This document shows, piece after piece, positions 47,446 to 56,514 of a DNA stretch of 64,000 nt. The stretch is from Candidatus Multivorans sp. (GTDB taxonomy: Bacteria; Acidobacteriota; Thermoanaerobaculia; Multivoradales; Multivoraceae): NCBI GenBank assembly GCA_965224025.1, contig OZ245033.1:672001-736000 (forward strand), read 5' to 3'. The notes beneath the pieces are model-generated. The model worked only from the letters and a program-made list of their open reading frames with translations, had not been told where the DNA came from and searched no databases. A program made the position numbers and the translations under genes. Numbering within the stretch: position 1 is the first letter of the stretch; each line of letters opens with the position of its first letter.

Positions 47446-48141
47446 GTGAAGCGCCGGGTAGCGGCTACTACGGTCCACTGCCGCGGGCCGGTCCGGGCCG
47501 CCTTCCTGGGCGCGGCGCCGGGAGCGCGGGCGCTGGGGCCGGAGGAGGCCTTCCGACTCCTGGCGCGCGATGTCTCTGCTGCGGAAGCGGCCTCGCCCGC
47601 CTGGTTGAGGCAGCGGCACAGCGCCGAGGCGCTGCGGGCGGAGGCGCCCGGCCTGAGGGGAGAGGGAGACGCCCTGATCGTCTCTCGCGCCGGCGTCGCG
47701 GCGACCGTCTTCGTCGCCGACTGCGTACCGGTGCTGATCGCCGCAGGTGAGAGCGTGGCAGCCGTTCACGCCGGCTGGCGGGGGCTGGCGGGCGGCGTTC
47801 TCCCCTCGGCGATGCGGGAGTTGAAGCGTGCCGGCGCCGCAGATCCGGCCACGGCCGAGGCCTGGATCGGTCCGGCGATCGGGCGCTGTTGCTACGAGGT
47901 AGGCGAAGACGTGGCCGGCCAGGTGGAATCCGCGACCGGTTCCGAGGTCGTCATCCGCCGGCCGGGGCGCAAGCCGCACCTCGATCTGGTCCTGGCGGCT
48001 TCGAAGCAGCTTGCGGGTTTGGGCGTGGGCCGCGTCTCAAGTAGCGGTTGCTGCGTTCGTTGCGATTCGGACTGGTGGAGCTACCGCCGCGACGGCGCGA
48101 GCGCCGGCCGGAACTACGCCTTCATCTGGCGCGCCCCATAG
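47446..48141 (+). CDS. pgeF: PgeF/YfiH-family (laccase-domain) protein
   Basis: Q.HS, ADCVPVL, AVHAGWRG, IGPAIG.CCYEVG, SYRRDG..GR. Confidence 0.85.
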   Translation: MKRRVAATTVHCRGPVRAAFLGAAPGARALGPEEAFRLLARDVSAAEAASPAWLRQRHSAEALRAEAPGLRGEGDALIVSRAGVAATVFVADCVPVLIAAGESVAAVHAGWRGLAGGVLPSAMRELKRAGAADPATAEAWIGPAIGRCCYEVGEDVAGQVESATGSEVVIRRPGRKPHLDLVLAASKQLAGLGVGRVSSSGCCVRCDSDWWSYRRDGASAGRNYAFIWRAP

Positions 48142-48147
48142 CGGGTG

Positions 48148-48465
48148 TCAGTCGGCGTCGGATGCCGCCCGGCGCGAACTGCGGCTGCGGGTCCTGCGGG
48201 TGGGGTCGATTCCCAGGGAGCGCAGGAAAGCGAGGTCGCGTCCGTTGATGCGAAACGCCGGCGGCGGTAGCGGCCGCCTGGTCGAAGAGCTCTTGTCGAC
48301 GCCGCTATCGTCGTCGTCGCTTCTCTTGCAGTCGAGGAAGAGGTTGAGCGTGTAGCCTTCGCGCCGGATCGACTCGAGCCGATCGTGGACCTCGGGCGAC
48401 TCGGCCATCGCCTCGCAGAGAGACCGGGTGAGTTCTTCGAGTAGTTGCTTGAGCCGGGGTTCCAT
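48148..48465 (-). CDS. small hypothetical protein
   Basis: MEPRLKQLLEEL..AMAES.EV...I..EGY..FRINGRDLAFLRSLGI; protein-like composition. Confidence 0.6.
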   Translation of the reverse strand: MEPRLKQLLEELTRSLCEAMAESPEVHDRLESIRREGYTLNLFLDCKRSDDDDSGVDKSSSTRRPLPPPAFRINGRDLAFLRSLGIDPTRRTRSRSSRRAASDAD

Positions 48466-49525
48466 GGGCCGACGACCATTATCCCAGACCGCAGCCGGTA
48501 GCGGCACTCCGGATTCGCTACAGGGCGATACGGCCGTCTGGCGGCCGGTGCTCGACGCGCTGGCCGGGGCGGGCTGGGCGCCGGGCTCGTTCCAGCCTCT
48601 GGCCGGCGACGTCTCGGCACGGCGGTACGGCCGGCTGCGTCTTGCCTCGGGCGAGCAGCGGGTCGTCTGCAGCTATCCCGACGACATGAAGGATGTGGCG
48701 GCGCGCTTTGTGGTCGCTACCGAGCTGCTGGCTTCGGTCGCTGTGCCGACACCGAGGGTGGACCAGCACTCGCTCGAGCATCCGGTTTGGGTTCTCCTGG
48801 AGGATCTGGGCCCGCGAACTCTGTTCGAGCGCTGGAAGGAGGCCGGCGGCGCCTCCGAGGTGAACCTGAGTCGGCGACTGGCTGAAGCCAGGGAACTCAT
48901 CGGGCGGATTCAACTCCTGCCGCCCGACAAGGTACAGGCACTGGGCTCTCCGCCGCTGGACCGGGCCCTGTTGATGACTGAACTCGACCAGACCTGGGAG
49001 CGGTTCCTCGAACCGCAAGGTCTGGTTGCGGACCCGGAGCTGGCCGAGCAGCTCCGAGCCGTATGCGCTGCCATCTCCGGGCGGCTCGACTCGGCGAGGA
49101 GCGTGCCGTGTCACCGCGATTTCATGGCCCGGAACCTGATGCTGCGCGCGCCGGCCGCGGTTCCGCCGGGCGGCGCCGAAGAGCTGGTCGTGATCGACCA
49201 CCAGGATCTGCGCCTGGGGCCACCGTGCTACGACCTGGCCTCGCTCCTGAACGACACGTTGACGCTCTCGGTCCGAGAGCGGCAGGAGCACCTGTCGGCC
49301 CTCCAGGAAGACGCTGACCGGATGGCGCAGTACCACGCGGCGACGGCCCAGCGCACACTCAAGATCGCGGGCACCTTCGCGCACTTCGCGGCGGTCGGCA
49401 GCGACCGCTATCTGCAGTTGATTCCACCGGCCCTGCGGAGGTTCCTGGATGCCCTGGATGCTCTTCCCGAAGGGCGCGAGCTGGCGCCCTCGTTGCGCGG
49501 GGCCTGGGCGTCGGTTATCGCGTAG
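48464..49525 (+). CDS. APH-family phosphotransferase, AmgK (MurNAc/GlcNAc anomeric kinase)-like
   Basis: LAGDVSARRY.R, LLEDLG, HRDFMARNLM, IDHQD..LGP..YDLASLL.D, QR.LK..G.F; true start probably downstream. Confidence 0.8.
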   Translation: MGRRPLSQTAAGSGTPDSLQGDTAVWRPVLDALAGAGWAPGSFQPLAGDVSARRYGRLRLASGEQRVVCSYPDDMKDVAARFVVATELLASVAVPTPRVDQHSLEHPVWVLLEDLGPRTLFERWKEAGGASEVNLSRRLAEARELIGRIQLLPPDKVQALGSPPLDRALLMTELDQTWERFLEPQGLVADPELAEQLRAVCAAISGRLDSARSVPCHRDFMARNLMLRAPAAVPPGGAEELVVIDHQDLRLGPPCYDLASLLNDTLTLSVRERQEHLSALQEDADRMAQYHAATAQRTLKIAGTFAHFAAVGSDRYLQLIPPALRRFLDALDALPEGRELAPSLRGAWASVIA

Positions 49526-49526
49526 A

Positions 49527-49743
49527 GCCGCCAGACGCCTCGCAGGCTCGGAGTTTGGCCCCAGCCCCCACCTCACCAGGAGTCCGCGCGCCAAGGCTCA
49601 GGATGTTGCGTTCCGCCGCGCAGACTTCCATGGAACAAACCTGTTCCCCGCGCGGTAGCGCAGCGAGTACGCTGTGGGGACTTGCATGGAACGAGCCCTG
49701 TTCCCGTGCGTCAGCGCGGCGCGGACGCCGCGACTCGACTCCT
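49527..49743 (+). repeat. family B repeat with partial internal duplication
   Basis: gtttggccccagcccc and two catggaac blocks; 3' block near-identical to 18781-18842. Confidence 0.85.
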
Positions 49744-49783
49744 GGATGCTAGTATCCGTACTCGACTTCGACAGGAGAACGCC

Positions 49784-49954
49784 ATGCCGTCCTTTGGCAT
49801 TCAAGAGCTACTCATCATCTTCGTCATCCTGATGGTCATCTTCGGTGGCAGCAAGCTGCCCCTCCTTGGCCGCGGCATGGGTGAGGGCATCCGCAACTTC
49901 AAGAAGGGCCTGCGCGGCGACGACTCCTCGGAACTCGACGAAAAACAGCCCTAG
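49784..49954 (+). CDS. tatA: twin-arginine translocase TatA/TatE
   Basis: FGIQELLII...IFGGSKLP.LGR.MGEGIRNFKKG; AGGAG RBS. Confidence 0.92.
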   Translation: MPSFGIQELLIIFVILMVIFGGSKLPLLGRGMGEGIRNFKKGLRGDDSSELDEKQP

Positions 49955-50074
49955 GAGCATCCACAGCGGTGGTCCGCTGCGCTGTCGCGCAGGGAACATG
50001 TGCATTCGGGTGTCGGGCCGCAGCGATTTCACCCACTTGCAGCAAGACATTTCATTCCTGCTGCTCCACTATCT

Positions 50075-50234
50075 CTGGGTGCGCGGGCCTTCTGGCCCGC
50101 ATCAGGCGCGATGCCGCGAAGCGGCGAGCGCGAGCCATTTCCACCGCGCCACCGTTCACAAAGAGCAGGCCTTCGGCCGGCGCGCTTTCCTGGCCGCCTC
50201 CGGCGGCAGCGGGTCAGAAGACCCGCGCACCCAG
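50075..50234. repeat. inverted REP doublet (REPIN-like), family A
   Basis: ctgggtgcgcgggccttctggcccgc and gcgggtcagaagacccgcgcacccag; the two differences are compensatory in the hairpin. Confidence 0.8.
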
Positions 50235-50241
50235 TCGGCGG

Positions 50242-50289
50242 CCAGTTCCCTGCAAGTCAGCGCTGCGCGGAAGCAGCGCTGACTCCTAG
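50242..50289 (-). repeat. short family B-related hairpin beginning at the TAG stop of the transglycosylase gene
   Basis: Minus strand ctaggagtcagcgctgc..gcagcgctgac..gcagggaactgg, like 62814-62861. Confidence 0.7.
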
Positions 50290-51041
50290 CCGCCGGCGAG
50301 GACGGCGAAGTCGAGGCCGCCCGGATTGACGGCCGACCACGCCGCGCGGTGGTGCGCGACGTAGAGGCGGAGGACGCCCTCCGTGAACTTCCGGGTTTCG
50401 CGGAAGGGGGGCATGCCATTGAAGCGATCGACCTTGCCGGGTCCCGCGTTGTACGCCGCGAGCGCCAGCACCAGATCGCCGTCGAAACGGCGCAGCAGGG
50501 AGGCCAGATAGCTCGCTCCGGCATCCAGGTTCTGGCTGGGGTCGTAGACGTTGGCCACGCCGAACTGTTCGGCGGTCGCCGGCATCATCTGCATCAGGCC
50601 GAGAGCACCTTCTGGTGAGACGGCCAGGGTGTCGAAGGCGGACTCGGTCTGCGCGACGGCCGCCACCAGCAACGGATCGATCTCGCGCCGCTCGGCGACG
50701 GCGACAATCTGGGCGCCAAATGGGACGTGCTGCATCCGGTCCCGAACCGCGTTCCCGTCGGCGGCGCCGATGAAGAGCGCGAAGCTCTCCTCGTGGGACC
50801 GAATCGTCTCGTACAGCGGCCGGCCAGCCAGGGATGTGCGGGCCGTCGCGGTACCCGATGCCGGGTCGAGCCAGGCCTGAATCTCCTCGAACAGAGCGAC
50901 GTCCTCGAGGTGCGGCGGCGCCGGCAACGAGTCGGGCTGCCTCCCGGGCGCGGTGTCCCGCACCGAGACGGCCAAAATGGCGGTGGCGGCCACAACGACC
51001 GCCAAGGCCTTCTTGCCGCTGCTGGTGTTCCAGATGTACAT
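50286..51041 (-). CDS. lytic transglycosylase (SLT domain)
   Basis: AV..TESAF...AVSP.GA.GLMQMMP.TA, GASYL, LALAAYNAG, PPF.ET; N-terminal TM. Confidence 0.88.
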   Translation of the reverse strand: MYIWNTSSGKKALAVVVAATAILAVSVRDTAPGRQPDSLPAPPHLEDVALFEEIQAWLDPASGTATARTSLAGRPLYETIRSHEESFALFIGAADGNAVRDRMQHVPFGAQIVAVAERREIDPLLVAAVAQTESAFDTLAVSPEGALGLMQMMPATAEQFGVANVYDPSQNLDAGASYLASLLRRFDGDLVLALAAYNAGPGKVDRFNGMPPFRETRKFTEGVLRLYVAHHRAAWSAVNPGGLDFAVLAGG

Positions 51042-51199
51042 GAGAAGAGTGGATTCGAGGGTCCTGGCCGCTGAGGCCCAGGTGGCCGCTGCAAGGACGG
51101 TCGCTTTCGGCGTTGCACGATCCGGCCGGTAACGACGGCGCGGCTTCGCGCCTGGAGGAATCCCCCGACCGTGGGAGAGAACGCCCGGCTGGACTTGCG

Positions 51200-51216
51200 A
51201 GCAAGGTGTATGCCAA
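51200..51216 (-). promoter_or_regulatory. sigma54 (RpoN) -24/-12 promoter
   Basis: Minus strand TTGGCATACACCTTGCT fits TGGCA(C)-N5-TTGCW spacing exactly; about 160 nt upstream of the SLT ATG. Confidence 0.7.
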
Positions 51217-51230
51217 CCCGTCAGCTTGCG

Positions 51231-51296
51231 CCGGAGAACGCAACGGAGTGCGTTCTGCGGCGCGGCGTGCTGGAGAGGTGGGGCTGGGGCCAAACA
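51231..51296 (-). repeat. family B repeat (5' part, reverse)
   Basis: Reverse complement gtttggccccagccccacctc..cgcgccgc..tgcgttct.cggcgcaa matches 18710-18780. Confidence 0.75.
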
Positions 51297-51358
51297 GGGC
51301 GTCCGCGAAGGGTTGGCTGCGGGTTCTTCGTTTCCCAGCCGACCATCTGGGCGGAGTT

Positions 51359-51652
51359 CTATTTCGATTGGATCCTCTTGCTGGATGTACGGTATTCAGC
51401 CGATTGGATGCGAAGGGCGTCGACCTTGGTGCGCAGTGTGTTGCGGTGGATGCCGAGGCTGTTTGCGGAGCGGTTGAGGTTGCCTTGGTTGAGACGTAGC
51501 GAAGCCAGAATGAACTGCCGTTCGAAGATCCGACGAGCTTGAGCCAAGGTGACGCCCCGGCTGACCAAATGCTTGACGAGGTGGTCAAGCTGGTCGCCTA
51601 GATCCTCCGTCGCGTCCTCGGGAACGCGGCCGTCTGCGCTGAGCTGCTTCAA
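51359..51652 (-). CDS. stand-alone Fis-type helix-turn-helix protein
   Basis: FERQFI..SL..NQGN..RSA..LGIHRNTLRTK. Confidence 0.82.
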   Translation of the reverse strand: MKQLSADGRVPEDATEDLGDQLDHLVKHLVSRGVTLAQARRIFERQFILASLRLNQGNLNRSANSLGIHRNTLRTKVDALRIQSAEYRTSSKRIQSK

Positions 51653-51761
51653 GGCGAGTCGCGTGCCGAAACGGCGATTCTAACACACCTGGGAGGCTTC
51701 GGGGCGATCCAGGAAGCGGCCTGCCTGAACGCAGCGGAGCGAGTTCTGTTGCGCCGTGTCG

Positions 51762-52646
51762 TCAGCCTTCGTCTTGCAGCCGCGACAGCGATTCGGTTGC
51801 CAGGCGAGCGGCTTCAGAGTCCGGGAAGCGTCTCGAGACTTCCCTGAAGCGGCGCTTGGCGCCCTCCGTGTCGCCGAGCCGCTCCAGGGTTCGGCCCACC
51901 TTGACCAGGGCGTCGGGAACCTTGTTTCCGAGCGGGTACTCGTGGAGCATTGTCTGGAATGCGGCCATCGCACCCCGGTTGTCGCCGCGGGCGAACCGGC
52001 ATTCGCCGATCCAGTAGAGGGCGTTGTCCGACAGCTCGCTCTCCGGAAAATCGTCGAGGAAGCGCTGGAAACCCAGTTCGGCTTCCACGTAATCACGGTT
52101 CAGGTAGTTCTCGCGAGCACGGTCGTAGAGTTCCTGGCCCGTCTCCTCGACGGTTGCCGGGACGCTGGATTCCTTGGCGGCGGCACTTGCGCCCGGTGCG
52201 GAGCCGGGTTCGGCCGCGTCGTTCGCCTCGACCTGCGGCGCATCCCTGGGCGCATCGTCGAGTTCCGTCACCTCGAGTACCTGCACCCGCGCCGGCGGCG
52301 GCGGTTCGAAGCGGACGGGTGGGGGAGGCGCGTTTGCCGCGGCCCTGACCTCCTCGAGAGCCTTCTCGAGTTCGACCATGCGCTCACGCAGCAGGGAGTT
52401 CTCCGACTCGCTCTCGGCGACCAGGCCTTCAAGCTGCTGGACCCGCTCTTCAAGTTGCTCCAGGTCGGCTCGGACACCCTCGTTGGGGGTTGTCAGGCGG
52501 TTCACGAACTCGCGCGGGGAGTCCGTGGAGGCGCAGCCGAGGCAGAAGCCGGCGATGGCGAGCGCCACGGGCACGCGAACAGATGCGGGCCGACGCCCGG
52601 GCGAGCGGCGGTGGCGCGGACAGCCGACGTCAGTTCTCGGCGCCAT
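51762..52646 (-). CDS. cpoB: Tol-Pal-associated CpoB/YbgF-like lipoprotein
   Basis: Lipobox LGC, coiled coil, C-terminal TPR with FPESELSDNALYWIGE and YP.GNKVPDAL.K. Confidence 0.8.
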   Translation of the reverse strand: MAPRTDVGCPRHRRSPGRRPASVRVPVALAIAGFCLGCASTDSPREFVNRLTTPNEGVRADLEQLEERVQQLEGLVAESESENSLLRERMVELEKALEEVRAAANAPPPPVRFEPPPPARVQVLEVTELDDAPRDAPQVEANDAAEPGSAPGASAAAKESSVPATVEETGQELYDRARENYLNRDYVEAELGFQRFLDDFPESELSDNALYWIGECRFARGDNRGAMAAFQTMLHEYPLGNKVPDALVKVGRTLERLGDTEGAKRRFREVSRRFPDSEAARLATESLSRLQDEG

Positions 52647-52656
52647 CTTCGACCTG

Positions 52657-53583
52657 TTAGCGGCCCGCCAGATCGCGGCGGAGGCCATTGGGGAGAGCGC
52701 GCTCGTCCGAGTCTGGCTCCTCTGCACCGTCGGGGGGCGGCCGCCGCGGGGTTGGCGGGAGTTTGCTTCGCATTTCCCGGATCTTCTCCGGCGAAGGCAC
52801 TTTCTTGATCCAGGAACTGCCGGCGTGTTCGCTCCACAGCAGCTCGCAGGCGTCACGCAGATAGTCGACCGCCTCAAGCCCCGCGTCGGTGCTGGCCCGT
52901 TTGAGTATCTGGACGTAGGTGAGGCACATGAAGGCGTTGACCTTGTCCCGTTCCGGGTACGCCGGATACTCCTCGAGCATCTCCTTGAAGCGCTCGCCGG
53001 CCGCCCTGGGAGTGCGGAAGCGGTAGTAGAAGCTGCCGACGACGAACTCGTGCTCCGCCAGTTGGTTCCGGACCTCGACGATCTTCTGGGCGGCCTGACC
53101 GGCGTACTGGCTGGTCGGGTAGAGCCGGCGGACGTTCTGGAACTCGGTCAGCGCCTGACGCGCGGTCTGCTGGTCGCGGTCCGGTTTCTCGATCCGCTCC
53201 GCGAGCGCATCGGCGAGACGGAACTGGGCATACGCCGCGCGCTCGGAGGTGGGGAACCGGTTCAGGAAGTCGCGATAACGCTGCTCCGCTTCCACGTAGG
53301 ACTGGTAGCCGCCGCGCAGGAACAGTGCATCCGCGGCCAGCAGCAGACCCTCCCGGCCGGTCTCCGAGTTCGGTTCGACTTCGAAGGCGTGAACGAGGTG
53401 CTGGAGCGCCCGGGTGAACTTCTCGTCCTCCAGGAGCTGTTTTCCGATCTCGAGCGCCTCGGAGGACGACAGCCGGAGGATCGGATCGTCCTTGACGCCT
53501 CCACAGGCGACCACCAGAGTGAGCGTCGCCACAGCCAGCACCGTTCTTCCGGCCAGCAGCGTTCTTTCGGCAAGGGGCTTCAT
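52657..53583 (-). CDS. bamD: outer-membrane assembly lipoprotein BamD
   Basis: Lipobox VAC, FLNRFPTS, DRDQ..ARQA..F....YP.S.Y, LAEHEF.VG.FY. Confidence 0.88.
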   Translation of the reverse strand: MKPLAERTLLAGRTVLAVATLTLVVACGGVKDDPILRLSSSEALEIGKQLLEDEKFTRALQHLVHAFEVEPNSETGREGLLLAADALFLRGGYQSYVEAEQRYRDFLNRFPTSERAAYAQFRLADALAERIEKPDRDQQTARQALTEFQNVRRLYPTSQYAGQAAQKIVEVRNQLAEHEFVVGSFYYRFRTPRAAGERFKEMLEEYPAYPERDKVNAFMCLTYVQILKRASTDAGLEAVDYLRDACELLWSEHAGSSWIKKVPSPEKIREMRSKLPPTPRRPPPDGAEEPDSDERALPNGLRRDLAGR

Positions 53584-54233
53584 TCGTTGGCCTGCCGGCG
53601 CAGAGCCAGAAGCGCTTCGGCCGGGCGCGCAGCCGCGAAAACGCCCGAGCCCACGACCGCCACGTCGACGCCGGCCGCCGCGACCTCGTCGAGGTTCCCC
53701 GGCTTGATTCCGCCGTCCATTTCGATATTGGTCGAGAGCCCACGGGCCTTGACCATGGCGCCGAGTTGGCGCGCCTTGTCCAGTACGTTCGGCTGAAACG
53801 CCTGACCGGCGAATCCCGGCTGGACGGACATCAGAACGACGTAGTCCAGGTGCTCCAGGTAGGGGAGGAGATCGTCCAGCGGCGTCCCCGGGTTGATCGC
53901 CACACCGGCGCCTGCGCCCCGACCGCGAATTTGGGCCGCCAGGCGGGCCGGTTCGGTTGTCGCCTCGTGGTGGAACGACACCCAGACCGGCACACTGTCG
54001 AGGTAGCGGTCCATGAGCGCTTCCGGATTCGAGACCATCAAATGGATGTCGAAGCCCACGTGGCTGCGTTGCGCCAGGTCGGCAATCACCGGCGGACCGA
54101 AGGTGAGGTTGGGTACGAAGTGACCGTCCATCACGTCGACATGGATCAACTGGGCGCCGCCGTCCTCGCAGTGCTTGACGGCGGAAGCCAGATCGGCGAG
54201 GTCCGCCGCCAGGATCGAAGGCGCGATCTTCAT
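53580..54233 (-). CDS. rpe: ribulose-phosphate 3-epimerase
   Basis: IAPSILAAD, HVDVMDGHFVPNLTFG, MSV.PGF.GQ.F, DGGI. Confidence 0.96.
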   Translation of the reverse strand: MKIAPSILAADLADLASAVKHCEDGGAQLIHVDVMDGHFVPNLTFGPPVIADLAQRSHVGFDIHLMVSNPEALMDRYLDSVPVWVSFHHEATTEPARLAAQIRGRGAGAGVAINPGTPLDDLLPYLEHLDYVVLMSVQPGFAGQAFQPNVLDKARQLGAMVKARGLSTNIEMDGGIKPGNLDEVAAAGVDVAVVGSGVFAAARPAEALLALRRQANE

Positions 54234-54279
54234 CGTTCAGGTGCTCTGGGCGACGGGTTGTCTGGGAAACCTGGCGGGT

Positions 54280-55152
54280 TCAACGGCTTTCGTGCGCGGC
54301 GACGACCAGGGCGATCGAATCGCTTTGTCGCAGGGGATGGCCCGGCAGTGGATACTGACGCAGGATGATCCCGGCTTCGACGCCTTCGTAGGGCTCATAC
54401 TTTACTCTTCCGAGCCGGAATCCGCGCGTTTCGAAGTAGGTCCGAACGGGCGCTTCGGGTAGATCGATCAGATCCGGCATGACGAACGCCGCGCCCGGGT
54501 TGGCCAGGCTGACCATGACGTCGACCTGGGAAGACGGTTCGACCCGGCTGCCGGGCGGTGGACTCTGTCGGATGACGGTTCCGGGTGTGCCGAACTCGGC
54601 GTATACGCTCCGGCTCCTGCCCAGTTGCAGGCCGGAGGCCGCGAGACTGACCTGAATCGTTTGCGGGACCTGACCGGTCAGATCCGGAGTCTCGACGAAC
54701 TGACGTCCCCTTGACAGGTGGATGGCGACGCCGCTGTCCTGCTTGACGGCGCTTCCGGCCGGCGGATCGTGCCGGAGCACATGGCCCGCGGGGACGGCGT
54801 CGTCGTAGCGGTCCTCTTCGACCCGGCGCACCGTCAAGCCGGCGGCGGCGAGAGTGGCCTCGGCATGATCCACGTCCAGGCCGACCAGGTCGGGCACCGC
54901 GATCACTCCGCTGCGGACGAAGTTGGAGAGGGCCAGATAGGACGAGGCGCCGAGCAGCGCGGTGAGCAGGCCGGCGTACAACGCGCCCACGACGAGGCGC
55001 TTCAGCCAGCGCCGGCGCAGCGTGCGTGCGAGCCACCGAGCGAGAATTGTGGGCGAGAGTCGCGCGGAGCCCATCCTGCGCAGCGCGTTCATCGCGGACC
55101 GCGCGACTTTCTGTGCCGGCGCGGGGAAGGTCAGCTTCCGTTTGGCGGTCAT
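54280..55152 (-). CDS. membrane-anchored triple-PASTA-domain protein
   Basis: TM followed by VPDLVG, TPDLTG and MPDLID repeats with V..Q.P..G. Confidence 0.82.
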   Translation of the reverse strand: MTAKRKLTFPAPAQKVARSAMNALRRMGSARLSPTILARWLARTLRRRWLKRLVVGALYAGLLTALLGASSYLALSNFVRSGVIAVPDLVGLDVDHAEATLAAAGLTVRRVEEDRYDDAVPAGHVLRHDPPAGSAVKQDSGVAIHLSRGRQFVETPDLTGQVPQTIQVSLAASGLQLGRSRSVYAEFGTPGTVIRQSPPPGSRVEPSSQVDVMVSLANPGAAFVMPDLIDLPEAPVRTYFETRGFRLGRVKYEPYEGVEAGIILRQYPLPGHPLRQSDSIALVVAAHESR

Positions 55153-55167
55153 CTGCGTCCCTTGCCC

Positions 55168-56478
55168 TCAGCGCCCCAGGGCGGGCAGGTTCTTCACCAG
55201 GTCGAAGTAGAGCGCGAACATCATGATTCCGACGATCACGACGAGGCCGAACTGGGTCACCAGGTTCTTGACCTTGGTGGACAGATCGCGCCGCAGAACG
55301 CTCTCGAACAGCAGGATGACGAGCTGGCCGCCATCCAGGACCGGGATCGGCAGCAGGTTGAGAATGCAGATGTTGAGGCTGATCAGGGCAGTCAGGAACA
55401 CGAGATCGCTGAAGCTCCGCCGGGCCGCCTGACCGCTGATCCTGGCGATCTCGATGGGCCCGGCGAGGGCGCTCTGGGGCGAGACGCGACGCTCGGCCAG
55501 CCTGCCCAGGAAGCCGAAGATCTCGGTTGTGGTCTCCCAGTTGATGCGCGCGCTCTCGATGAGGGCGGAGGCGGGGCCTGTGCGCTGGTACGAGAAGTGG
55601 CTGATCGCGATGCCGGCACGGCCGACACCGCCTTCGTTCGCCGGCACCAATCGGACCACGAGGCGCTCATCGCCGCGGCCGATCTCGACGCTCACCTCTT
55701 CGCCTGCGCGCGGCTCCACCAGCCGGCGGAAGTCGTCCGCGTCAGCGATGGGGTGGCCGTCCACTGCGTAGAGCGTGTCGCCGTACCGAATTCCCGCCTG
55801 CTCGGCGGGCGTTCCTTCAAACACCTGCCGAACGCGCGGCAGCAGGCTGGCGTACATGCCGGCGTCGCCCAGTTCGTGGCGGGGAATCCGGCGCGGTACG
55901 AGCACCGTGCTCAGCATCCTGCCGTCGCGTTCGAAATCGACGGCGAGACGCCGTTCCGGTGAAGTGAGAACGATGTTCGCGACCTCGCGCCAGCCGGACA
56001 CGTCCTCGTCGTCCAGGCGCAGGATGGTGTCGCCGGCCTGCAGGCCGGCCTCGGAGGCGGCGGAGTCCTGAGCCACGGCGCCGATCTCGGTGCTGAGGTC
56101 GCGGGGCCCCGCCAGCTCGGTGCCGGCCACCAGCACGGCCGCGATCAGGACGATCGAGAGCACGACATTGGCGGCGGGGCCGGCCAGGAGGACGACCATT
56201 CGCTGCCATCGGGGCTTGGTGATGAAGTCGCCGGCGTCGCCCGTAGGATTGGAGGGGTCGATCTCGGAGAAGGCTACGTACCCGCCCAGCGGCACCATCG
56301 CCAGCCGGTACTCCGTGCCGCTCCGCTCGAATCCCCAGAGCCGGGCGCCGAAACCGATCGAGAACACGCGGACCCTGATCCGAAACAGCCGCGCCGCCAG
56401 GAAGTGCCCCAGTTCGTGAACGAAGATGATCACGCCGATCACGACCAGCAGGGCCAGGATGTTGCTCAGGATGTTCAT
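55168..56478 (-). CDS. rseP: RIP metalloprotease RseP
   Basis: HELGHF, FSIGFG, LAGP.AN, two PDZ domains, NLLPIPVLDGG. Confidence 0.94.
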   Translation of the reverse strand: MNILSNILALLVVIGVIIFVHELGHFLAARLFRIRVRVFSIGFGARLWGFERSGTEYRLAMVPLGGYVAFSEIDPSNPTGDAGDFITKPRWQRMVVLLAGPAANVVLSIVLIAAVLVAGTELAGPRDLSTEIGAVAQDSAASEAGLQAGDTILRLDDEDVSGWREVANIVLTSPERRLAVDFERDGRMLSTVLVPRRIPRHELGDAGMYASLLPRVRQVFEGTPAEQAGIRYGDTLYAVDGHPIADADDFRRLVEPRAGEEVSVEIGRGDERLVVRLVPANEGGVGRAGIAISHFSYQRTGPASALIESARINWETTTEIFGFLGRLAERRVSPQSALAGPIEIARISGQAARRSFSDLVFLTALISLNICILNLLPIPVLDGGQLVILLFESVLRRDLSTKVKNLVTQFGLVVIVGIMMFALYFDLVKNLPALGR

Positions 56479-56514
56479 CGGGCTGAAAGGCGCGAACGGA
56501 GGCGCCCGCCGATG

